DNA of 56,633 bases, counting the filler, from Circinaria calcarea (Eukaryota): NCBI GenBank assembly GCA_051942165.1. It is 6 parts of 6 records of this genome, joined end to end, with 100 filler letters (N's around TTAATTAATTAA, not from the genome) between each part and the next. Parts side by side here need not be neighbours in the genome. Positions count along the whole stretch, not along the records: positions 28,451 to 37,781 come from JAVECS010000948.1; positions 37,882 to 47,211 come from JAVECS010000949.1; positions 47,312 to 56,633 come from JAVECS010000950.1; 3 more parts are not named here. One strand, written 5' to 3'. Within the stretch, counting starts at the first letter, position 1. The number at the start of each line of letters is the position of its first letter. The translations under genes and the position numbers were made by a program. Below the pieces are notes generated by a model, which saw only the letters and a program-made list of their open reading frames with translations, did not search any database and was not told the DNA's origin. Positions 36,800 to 47,662 of this stretch are shown here, piece by piece.

Positions 36800-37781
36800 A
36801 TGACAACCCCCATCTCCAATCAATTCCCCTCCCACACCAATCCGCGCGCCTGGTTCATCACCGCCGGAGCCAGCCCCATTGGCCTCGCCCTCGCACGTGC
36901 CGTCCTTGCACATGGCGACTCGGTGATTCTGGGATTTGAGTCTTCAGATGTGGATAACGGATTCAGGAATTTGGGGGAAAGAGCAGAGGAGTTTGGGAGG
37001 TTTGTGAGGGAGGAGGTTGGGAGGGAGGGATGGAGGAAGAGGTGTAGGGTTGTGGGGTTGGATGGGAGGTGTGAGGCCCCCCATTATCCACATTCAATAC
37101 ACGAGAGGGATAATCGGTCTGGAGGAATATCGGTGTCAAGAGAGATGGCTGACTTGCGACTACAAGCAGGAATATTGGTCAATGCCAAGCAGCAGTTGCG
37201 GAAGCTGTTCAGTTCATGGGCAAGATTGATATTCTCTTCTGTTGTACTAGCGAAGGTAGGCCCCCGCTACCATAATAAATTATTCTATTCATTAATCGCT
37301 GACTATGTGTACACCTATAGCTATCATCGGCACGGTCGAAGAGCTCGCTGCATCTCCTCAAACCCTAACCTTAGTCCGCTCCCAATTCGAAACCAACTTC
37401 TTCGGCCCTGTCAACATTATAAAAGCCACCCTTCCTGCAATGCGGCACAAGCGATCCGGTCACATTATCGTCCTAACAGGCATCAGTTCGTCTCACCCCT
37501 TTCTCTCCCACCCAATTATCCACAGATACTAAAGCCCCCTTCCCAATAGCAAGCCACATCGGCACCCCCGGCCTGGGAATCTACTGCGCCTCCGGCTGGG
37601 CCCTAGAAGGCTTCTGCGATGTTAGTAAATCTGCCCCTCCCAAATTCCCCCTCACTGACACTCTCCCCCGAACACCAGTCCCTCGCCTACGAAATCGCCC
37701 CTTTCAACATAAAAATCACCATCCTCCAACCAAACCTCGAAACCAACGTCCTCACCAACCCCCTCACCTCCGCCCCCGTCC
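36800..37781 (+). CDS. Atypical SDR-family protein; 3' end cut off by contig end
   Basis: RAWFITAGASPIG, GKIDILFCC, GTVEEL..QFETNFFGPVNIIKATLPAMR..SGHIIVLTG, GIYCASGWALEGFCD|SLAYEIAPFNIKITILQP. Confidence 0.85.
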
Positions 37782-37881
37782 NNNNNNNNNNNNNNNNNNN
37801 NNNNNNNNNNNNNNNNNNNNNNNNNTTAATTAATTAANNNNNNNNNNNNNNNNNNNNNNNNNNNNNNNNNNNNNNNNNNNN
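37782..37881. other. Artificial contig-joining spacer
   Basis: N-run/TTAATTAATTAA/N-run. Confidence 0.98.
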
Positions 37882-38715
37882 TTCCTCGAAGTATGGTATC
37901 ACAAGCGCAGCTTCGAAGCTCTCCAAGATGTTGTTACCGAATACAAACTTCGTCTAGCCCTCGAAACATGGGAAAAGTCCTTGGACCTATGCGAGCCCGA
38001 GACTATTGTGGTGCAGTTAAGCGCGCCCCACAAGGGACACCCTCTTATCTTCAACGCCATGGCTGTATATCGAAACACTCGAGCTCGACTGGAAGTGGAT
38101 CTAAAGGCGATACAGGAAGTCCTTCGATATCATGAATCCTACGAGGTGGCCGCTGCAATGTCTACCTCCAGGGATAAGATAAAACGATCTCAAGAGATGA
38201 TCAAGGTCATCCAGGTATGCTTTGAATGCATTGAGATTGTCGCTTTGCAGGGCATCAAGTGGGTCGGTCGGACTTGTGCAACAAACTGGAGCATTGAACA
38301 TCCCCTCTGCGGTCTGGACCTGATGGTCATCTTGAGTATGTGGCTATACCGTCTGGAACATGACGAGGAGCCTGCGACTGAAGAAGAACTTGCCATGTAT
38401 AACAAAGTTCGCAATCTCTTTGACGATGATTCCATCGGTATATACGGTTCAAAGCTAAGCTCAACTGTTGCGCGCCTTTGGGGGAGTATGCTGGATGAAG
38501 TCGTTGTTTGGGGGTAGGCCTTCACAGACCATCTCATATATATGCTATATCTAACCTGATGCAGGATCACCAAATTAATGGGCGAGTCCTTCAGGTTACA
38601 TTCCGAGGCTCTCGACGGCTTCCAAGACGCCGTTGCGTCGGGCTCCAGTGCCAGTACTCCTACGATGTCCTCCCAAGCCGCCCAAGAGCTTGATATAGAA
38701 ACGCCCGTATATTAG
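37882..38715 (+). CDS. C-terminal part of a fungal-specific transcription-factor-like protein (5' end missing)
   Basis: Open frame from the contig start: HPLIFNAMAVYR..ARL..DL...WSIEHPLCGLDLMVILSMWL...VARLWGSMLDEVVVWG|ITKLMGESFRLHSEAL...PVY*. Confidence 0.7.
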
Positions 38716-39852
38716 GCCGACAACAACATACAAGGAAGACGATTTCAACTCCTCCAAAAGCCGACGTCCATATCTCTCATCTATCCTCTCTCACTAATCC
38801 GACTTGACGATCGCAACGACTTCCCTTTTCGTATAGGTGTCAACGGTGCTGCATACTAGATTGATACCACCCCCCCTACTCTGTCCAAAATGGCGTTAAC
38901 GACTCGAGATTTCCTGATTCCAGCGATTGCATTGATCATGGTGGCGGAGCAGGAGGTAGTCTGCAACAGGATGCTAGTCAATCCTACACACGCAGGTTCG
39001 GTGGACGGGCGGGCCCTCCTCTTGATCTCCCGCTTCCGTCGCACCATCAATCTTTGGTCTAATAGTGCTTTCGAGATACTCCTGTTCGCATACCTGCCCG
39101 TGCTAATTGCTCTTATTGGGGATTTGCGGGCGTGCTCCTTGGCGTGAGAGTGTTGGCTAGGAAAAAGAACGGTCCGGTGGATAGGGCAGAGATAATGGCG
39201 GGCAGTGAGCATGTGGCATAGCATCAACTTTGCGCAGTGGACATATCATCCATTTTCATGGCAATCTTACACGCTTCTTGATGTTGGTATACTGCTGTTG
39301 GCTGGCTTCTTGGCTCTCTTTCATACTTGTGTTAAATAGCTCATCTACATAATCTAAAATATGAATCCGTGTGGCTGGCATGCTGTTACGTGAATGGAGT
39401 CTCTATTGTCTGTCATACGGGGCTGCCTTTCTCCCTGATATGTTAACGGACCTGGGAATGGGAGAGGTAGAGAATCTCGTGATCCCACGGCGCCCAACGC
39501 TGCACGCCAAGAGTACTAGCGCAGCGGCCTTTGGAATCCAGTAGTCTGGCACGGAGTAAGGCGGAAACTTGTAAATGTCGCACTCCGCCCCCGCATTCTG
39601 CCTACATGCAGCTCAGCTACATTTCGCCTCAACCGAGTCTCCCATCCCACATATCACATCCAGACTGCAGGTCGAGAGCTGTTACTAAAGGTGACAACCA
39701 GGAGAAGCTTCAACTGCGCAGGTAGGTACGGGAAGTGGATCGAGCATGATTGTTATCCCTCTCACATTCACGCTGGCCTGGCTGACACCATTCTTTGCAA
39801 CCAGCAAGACGACCACCTTCTTGATAGCCTCACGCAAATAAATTTCCCCATC

Positions 39853-40391
39853 ATGTCTACTCCGGAAGCAGCTCCTTATACGCCACCTCCTTCGATTGGC
39901 CATGAGATAGGCGTCATGTTCGGCTTTGGCGGGGCGATGGTGCTGTCGATGGTGGGGTATTGGGTGTTTTGGAAAAGTATGTGAAGGGGCTGTGGTACAT
40001 TTTCGTTGTTGTGTCTTTCGTTATGATTACTCTCGAGCTCCAGCAGATTCAATCGTTGGAGGCCTAGTCAGCTCCCGCGCATGTTCCTTCAGCCGTCTCT
40101 CCTTGAAAGCCTTTCTACTAGTGCTGTCCACCCCAGGCTTCCTACGGATACTCACTCCTTCAATTCATTCTTCCATCCTTGCATCTTTTACCGGTCTGCC
40201 CAGAAGAAACAACAAAGCTAACGTCTTTCACCCTAGTGGCAAACAAGCGCTCCGCAAAGAAAGAAAACGAACGTCGTGAAGCCTTGGCCCAAAAGGGCAT
40301 TTATGAGGGTTCCACCATCGGAGGCGGCTATTCTGATACTAAGCCCGAAAACGAAACTATCGTGGAGCGTGTGGAGTCAAACACACTTTGA
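39853..40391 (+). CDS. Small single-pass membrane protein, 92 aa, 2 exons
   Basis: MSTPEAAPYTPPPSIGHEIGVMFGFGGAMVLSMVGYWVFWK|MANKRSAKKENERREAL...; intron 39977-40236 (GTATGT...GCTAAC...TAG). Confidence 0.75.
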
Positions 40392-41902
40392 GGACCTTAT
40401 GGGTGGATAATCCAGCAGCTGTGTTGATGGACCAATGCTGGAATGGAAAACCGCGAGCGATATATCAGGAGGTCGGTTAGGGAGTTAAGAACAAGGAAAG
40501 GATGTGGGATCAGGAGTAGCCGTGTGTGTTACGGATATTCATCAGCAGGCCGTGACTTTTAGTCGACAAATCGGTAATTTGTCATGGTAGGGTTTCAGGG
40601 CGTATGCGCATGGGCCGAAATAGCTATTGCGCATTACTGTTCCTATTTCATTCATTCAAAGCGGGGTGTAGAAAGTCACCGCCACACCCCAGTCTACTTT
40701 GGTATCGTCAGCCCCTAGTTAATTTGACCACTTTACATAACAATTCACATAGATTGTGATGTGTAGTCGTTATGCTAGTCCTTCAAATACAAGCGAGACA
40801 ACAATGAATTGACGGCGACATAACTTATGGAATTTGTGGGAGGTGTTTTGTAGCTTTGCATAGAAGTTTCCACCGTGGTCGCAGGCATAACAGATGTTGA
40901 CGCGGGGTTTCGACCAACTCCGGTATACTCAGCAAAGGCTATATAAATTCTTTTCAAAAAGAGGTATAATATGGAGGGCATCCTCCGGTGTATATTCCGT
41001 TTTTCTATATGGAATCAAACTATCAATTTGGGTCTTGTCTAATTATTGCAAGACAATAATATAAACCAAATCCTATATCTATTATTTATGTTATTAAGTT
41101 TCCTTAAAGTAATAACGTTGCTGAAATCCGGTGTGGTCTACGGTAGTTTATTTCCTTTCGTCTGCTTTGGTTCTTAAAGTGCCTTTATATAGGCAAGGGA
41201 TTGGACAAGTAGGTATAAGGAATCCGGTTCCCCGCGGTCTTTTCCCAATCAAATTACCCATAGATTTCAATGCCCAAAATGTTTATTTATACAGATAGGT
41301 AAGATTTGCCTTTCCCGGAGTTACGGACTTGTTCACGGGCCGAAGTTTACCGAGAGCATCGTGATGAAATTCGTCCTCCAAATTGATCGTTGGAATTAAA
41401 TCTCGTCCACGATAATTCTTTGTTGTGTTCTATAGAGAAGTACCGAAAAAACGTTCCAGAGATTTTCTATCGGCGCCACTTATGCCTGTAATGGATCGAA
41501 TCGCTGGGGATAAGTTATGATTGCCTGTCACGTCCAGCATTCAACGAGATAGCTTTCTAATAGTATTGCTGAAACGACGAGTCTCTGTTAGCAGCTGGAA
41601 TGAATCTTGAAGGGACGACTTTGATGCTGACACTCGATTCGCCTGTTATTACTTGCTTTTCGTTATTCGATCTTCTCTAATACAATTCACTCATCCTTTA
41701 TCAATCTTACCGCAAAACTCTTAAGTTGATTATACGCGCGCGGAAGGGACCTGAGCAGGCTTCTCAAACCACCCTAAAACATGCCAATCAGGCTATCTAT
41801 GCGACGCGTGGGGTCCGCCTTTGACTCTGTAAAAGAGGGATCTCGAACCAAAGAAAACCACCGACTACTCCCCATTTTCATACTTGTTACCTGACCTACA
41901 AT

Positions 41903-43203
41903 ATGAGTCGACTATGGAACGGTCCCGTTCGCCCCGACTTCCACTATTGCCACGCCGAGTATGGAGAAAGGCTCTTAATTGCAGATTGTATCCAGGCGGT
42001 GAATGCGATCCCAACATATATGTCGCCTAATCATCCAAGTATATCTCAACCTATGCTATACCATGTCGACCCTAACAGAGTGAACGTGCCCTTATCTCTA
42101 CCGATACGGAAAGACGTAGGTCAGCCATCTCAGTGCATTCTGTCTATGACGCTTCTGGGACTAACTGTTGGCAATGCAGGTGGCTGTTTCGTTTCCGTGG
42201 ACGTGGCAGGGCATGCAAACGCCCGGACCGTCGAGGGAAGTGGGGACCTATTTCGCGCAATGGCAAACCATGTCATCACCAAATGTGTGGTGCAAGGAGG
42301 CGGCGTTGGTGGCTTCATAACACAGGGCTTGACGGGCTTGGCTCGCTATGCTCTCGCAGGCGGGGGCACAACTTCTAACCCTTACAACCCTAACATCCCA
42401 TTTCGTAAGTTACTCATCCATGCCGAACGCCAAGGTTCAAGGTCACTAACGAATTCCCTTGAATGACTTTAGCGCCTTCTCAAGGGTTCATCACAGTGAC
42501 TGTAGGTGGCCCGGCGTCCGTAGATCGAAAACCGGGTGACTACGATCCAACCGTTCCTTTGTATATGGCGGCTATCCTTGGCCACGCAGCACAAAACTCA
42601 CTACCAAACAGTAATGCCGGTATGTCATACCTAGCAAATGGGCGGAAATGGTATACTACAGCTGTGGCAATGCAAGGGCCTAACGCTGTGCCGTGGTGGC
42701 AGCGATATCCCCTTACCACTGTCCATGATGAAATGACTTACGAGTGTGACGAGAATCTGGGAAACCCAGCGGCGGCCGATTGCACCGATATAGAATGGAA
42801 TCAGTTGGGTTCCCCGTCCGACTCACTCACGCTTGAGTCGGGAAACACCAAATTTTTCCATTCCGGCACTTGTTACCTGGCGCTCTCCGCCAGCCTGACC
42901 ACGGTACTCGGGTGGGACCAGATCCAGACTGCCCTAGCTACCCTGATGAAGATTTGCATCCAGCTTCCGTCCCAGGCAGCGCATGGAGGCAGGGCTCATT
43001 TCGGATCTTCATCACCGCCAGCTGGTGGGAGAAGGAAGAAGCGGCAGAGCAGCCTTACTGGACTCAATGCTCTTCCGCCACACGTCAACTTGACCATTTT
43101 CCACCAAACCGAGCCGTGGACCAATGCAGCAGAGGAGCTCACTTCCTGTACCTGGAAGGCGGCCTCGGATCGCAAGGCGATATCAAACTGTCAGACTGCA
43201 TAG
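41903..43203 (+). CDS. Hypothetical Cys-patterned two-domain protein, 3 exons
   Basis: Two similar modules: C-x4-G-x6-DC...C-x-V...VITKCV..GGVGGF, and C-x4-G-x5-DC...CYL...W..I..A...L...C...GGRA. GT-AG introns with CTAAC branch sites. Confidence 0.7.
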
Positions 43204-44230
43204 ACAAGGGGTTGCCGCATGAAACCGGACGAACTTATTACGCGGTATAAGTCGATAATTGTGACATTTGTCCCCAGAGGGAACATGTAGCGGCAGAAGT
43301 CTCCGGCTTTAGTAGTCGATTAAGATATGATGGCGTCTCATAATCATTAATATATATTTGGGAGGTTTAGCAAAATTCAGTAAGAGGTGTGTTATATACG
43401 GAAGGCCGGCACCGATACCTTAAGCCTGATGTGGGAAGACCCAAGTGACAGGCATATCATGCTGGCTCAAAATCTGCGCCTCTGTATTGATTAGAAATAG
43501 TCCCACTAGCATAACATAGCTCCGTTGTTAATAACATTGGAGCTACAATTATTCCGCGCCTGCCTAATATTCTCCGAGCATAACAAAATTTAGCTAAACC
43601 TCCCAACTGCTCCATGAGAGTGGAGCTGTGGTTCAGCAACATGAAGTTGACCTCGGCCAATGACGGAGGCGGAGGAATGTTCTTCCTAACGCATATCCCA
43701 CCTGCTTTTCCTTTCATTGTTGATTTCTCACCACCCTCCACCCCCTCGCGCATGAGAAGAACAATGACCGAGTTGCTGTTCAACCGGGTGACACTCGAAC
43801 CCTAGAGATCGACGCCTGACTTTGACAGCTCACGAACACTTTTCGGAGCCGGTTCGACCCCGCGCTTCTTCGGTCCCAAACAAGGCCGGGCATGTCATCA
43901 CTTGTTCCGGCAGTTTTAGGTAATAAATATTCTATTGCCAACACCTAATTCGATCGCAGCTTCCCTTTGCATGTCTACCATAGTAAACTGTCAAATCTTA
44001 CGTGCTATGCCTTCCCACTGTGGTCCGTTTAACCGGCAGCTGACGAGATTTTCTACTCGCCCTTCTCTTTTCTCCCTTGTAGACACGTTCTCCCGTTTCC
44101 CTCCTCTCCCGGTCCGGTGTAGCCATGGAACGCGGAGCATTTGCGAGCTGTGCGCTTGCTCCATGAGGAATTCGGATTCGGCCCCGCGACTGCATACCAA
44201 CAGCATCCAAACTCGACCATCGCCGCCCTC

Positions 44231-45137
44231 ATGGCATCTCCTGGCCGCCTCTCCCGCCTCCCACTTTGGTTGAGTCGCTGGTTTGGATATCGCACTGAAG
44301 CTCCTCGGAAGATCTCAGACCTTAGTAATGCCCTTTGGTCGTTCATCGGCGCTTTCTGTGGTCTCTCCATCCTGGCAGCCGTCTTCGGACATACGCATTA
44401 TTTTATCGAGCGTCACGTTCCCGAGGTGGTTGCCTCCTTTGTAAGTCACCCGGCTTCAATCCCGCGTTGTTTGATGGAGACTTCGTGGGCATTTCTCTGA
44501 CCAAGGAACACAGGGAGCTTCTACTGTCCTGCTTTACGGGGCTATTGAGTCCCCCCTCGCACAGCCACGAGCTCTCATTGGCGGTCATATCATTTCCTCC
44601 GTTATCGGCGTGTGTACGAGCAAGGTCTTCGGCCTCATTCCCTCCGAACAGCGTCTCGAGTCACTTCGCTGGCTAGCAGGAGCCCTCTCTACCGCCACGT
44701 CAATAGTCCTGATGGAAATTACAGCTACTACGCATCCGCCAGCGGGCGCTACAGCGCTCCTTGCTGCGATCAATGCCGACGTGTACAACATGGGCTGGTA
44801 TCTGATTCCAGTGATCCTCTTGTCAACGATGCTTATGCTCGTTTTGGCAATGATTATCAACAATATCCAACGCCGATACCCCATGTTTTGGTTCGAGCCT
44901 GCAATTCCACCAGTGGCCCAATCTTCGCCTGGTCTCGGCGCACCAGAGAAACACCCTTCTACCCTCAAGGCATTCGTTCCAGATCGGTTCGGATCAGCTA
45001 CGGATGTGGAAATGGGCTTGTACCGGAAACCTCCCTTTTTGCCAGTCTCATCAAGCCACACCGTGGTCGACCCGTCGCGACTGTCTACTGCCTCGTCAGC
45101 TAAGACTGCCCGCCTGACTCGTCGGTACTCCATGTAG
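44231..45137 (+). CDS. HPP-family transmembrane protein, 2 exons
   Basis: WSFIGAFCGLSIL, ASF|GASTVLLYGAIESPLAQPRALIGGH, THPPAGATALLA, MIINNIQRRYPMFW. Confidence 0.92.
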
Positions 45138-45605
45138 TCTAGAAGTTGTAGTCTGAACGGGAAGGGGGATTCAAGCTATCAATTTAGCGTTGGTGGCATC
45201 CACACGCTCGGATGGTCCAGCGCATAGCTACCCTGAAGTACATTTGCTCGGTTAGCTATTTCCTGGGGAAGACTGCAGACCATGCATCTAATGTAGCTTG
45301 TCCACACTAATAGTCTAAATCTTCCATATAAAAAGCTTACGGCTCACGAAGCATAAGTCACTGGATTGACGACTTGAAAATACATATATCCCTTAACGGG
45401 AGTAACACTAGGGCTTTCCAGTATCCCTATTCCCCGGGACCCGCCCCCCGAAAGAAAGTGTAGAAGATCCAGGTCCAGATCCATAGCAATGGGGATAGAT
45501 AATTCTCTCCGAGTTTTTTTTTTGCCACACAGAAAATATCCCCGCAGCCAATTTGTCTTTTTTATTTTATTTTTAAATACCCTGAAAATAATAACGAAGG
45601 AATGA

Positions 45606-45660
45606 GGAAAGGAAAGGAAAGGAAAGGAAAGGAAAGGAAAGGAAAGGAAAGGAAAGGAAG
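45606..45660. repeat. (GGAAA)n microsatellite, 10 perfect units plus 1 imperfect
   Basis: Read directly. Confidence 0.95.
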
Positions 45661-45711
45661 AGGTGTTTTTGTTTATTCCTCTATGATATCGGCGCCAGAA
45701 TGAAATTTTTT

Positions 45712-45740
45712 CCGAAACCCGAAACCCGAAACCCGAAACC
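45712..45740. repeat. (CCGAAAC)4 tandem repeat
   Basis: ccgaaac ccgaaac ccgaaac ccgaaac read directly. Confidence 0.85.
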
Positions 45741-46330
45741 GGCCCCAAAAAATTTAAAGCTTATAGGAAAAAGGGTTTTATGGTAGATTTTTTTTCGCTC
45801 GATTGGGCTTACTGTGGTAGGTTTTTTTCGTTCGAAAAAGAAAGAAAGAGGAAAGGAAGAAAGAAGGAAAGTTTACTATAATTCCAGCGTATTATACACG
45901 GCAATCGTTGTGTATTACTGATGTGTATTACTGTACGCTTAATGTGCCACTCGTACTAGTAAGTGGGTGCCTTATGCTGCGTGCTTTCTCTATGCTATAC
46001 TGCGTGTTATTGCTATGCAGCAGCTCTATGCTATCACAGCTTTTAAATACGCGTATACTAAATATAATATTCGTTTCTAGGGCTTTTGCGCGCTCGCGGG
46101 GCGATTACCAGTTTAATATTAAAATCGAAAAATTGTTTTGTGCGCTAATAAACACTCCCTTCCCTTTCTTTCTCGCTTTTTTTTTTTTTTTTTAATACTC
46201 GTATAATCCTATTAAAGCATTCCCCTTTATGTGTATCCGAGGACTCAAACTCCTTAAATACGCTGCACCCTCCATGGTATCTGGTGGGGGAGGCCATCGT
46301 AATCGTATGCTTCCAAAGACGGCTCTGCCT

Positions 46331-47211
46331 TTATAGATCTTTTGCTCTATTATTCGCAGCCGAAATGAATCCATCGCGCTGTTCCCGGGCCCAGTCTCTG
46401 GCATTCCGCAAGGCCGTCGCACCCTGCCGGAAGGAGTCGGGGTCGTTCGTCAAGTCAAAGCCTCGGGCCTGGGTCATGTGGTATTCGGGAGTACCGTCTT
46501 CCGCTTGAGTGAGATGGGTGGTGTATAACTTGAGGGTGCCAGTCCCGGCGTGATAGGTTGAGGTGATGGTATAAGCGTTGCCGTCGTAGACGGGCTCTTG
46601 ATGGTACGACTGCAAACTGTGCATTGCCCTCGCTCCGAGAGCACCGTCGTAACAAGCCTGTCTTTTCGCCACGTCCGCACCTTCGTTGGGAGCTTTCGCC
46701 TCCAAGAAAAAATTGGGTGCGACTGGAGCCGTTCGATGTCTGGTAGGAACGATGAAAGGTCGCAAGTCATCTCGGATCGGCTGGTCGATGTCCTCCGGGC
46801 GAGCTCCGTCGTAGAAATCGGGTTTGGCATCAACAGTGGTATCATTGGCGATCGGTTCGAGCCTTGTAAATAGTAGGTTCTGTTTATTTGGAATATCGGC
46901 GTTGCCACATATAATGGGGACGACGTCTCGCATTAACTCTCCCTCATCAAGCACCCTGTCGTTTCTTCGGTTGAAATCCTGGAATGATGAATCGGGAAAA
47001 CTGGAGGGTGTTAGAGATGGTCTCGGTTGTTGCAGTCTTTGATGGAACCCTTTCAAAGTGTTGCCGGGTTCTGGGATTTGACGGCCATCAGGATAGTCAT
47101 ATCCTTTTGGGTAGATATTGAAGTCGATCAGATGCTGTTCGAAATTGTCATCGTAAGCAGAAGACCTTTTGTTGCTAGTCCCAGAGTTTGAATGGCTTGT
47201 CGGTCTTGTAG
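46331..47211 (-). CDS. Fungal hypothetical protein with PD-(D/E)XK nuclease-like motifs (5' end beyond contig)
   Basis: Frame is open from the contig end: SSAYDDNFEQHLID...RPSLTPS...AKPDFYDG...PNFFLEAK...AKRQACYDGALGARAMHSLQ...YHMTQ...FRQGATALRNARDWA. Confidence 0.75.
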
Positions 47212-47311
47212 NNNNNNNNNNNNNNNNNNNNNNNNNNNNNNNNNNNNNNNNNNNNTTAATTAATTAANNNNNNNNNNNNNNNNNNNNNNNNNNNNNNNNN
47301 NNNNNNNNNNN
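47212..47311. other. Artificial contig-joining spacer
   Basis: N-run/TTAATTAATTAA/N-run. Confidence 0.98.
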
Positions 47312-47662
47312 CGGGCTTCCTGTTCACGGTTGGCACCACATATGGCATGGCATACTCATGGGTTTGCTGCGATTGTGCCTCGCGGTTGCCTACGGAAGTG
47401 ATCGGATCGAGAAGCAGCGGCGCGCTCGAGAGCAGGGGGTGAGGCGCTAAAGAAAAGTGTCCTTTTCAGCTGCTTCTTGTCCCGTCCCACGAGTCAGCAT
47501 TGAGACCATATATATAATTTCCTGCAGTGCGCTTTATTCAGAGTTGAGATAGTTGCTACTCGTATACGTCTTGTCAAAAGGTGAGTTTCATCCCATCAAT
47601 TCCTCTTCAACGACTTCGGATGAAATTACTGAACCGAATGGGGATCATTAGCAAAGCAGAAG

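Noticed and set aside
40700..41500. AT-rich segment resembling a RIP-degraded gene or transposon
   Set aside because: Translations are riddled with stops; I could not identify a transposase or RT motif, or terminal repeats.
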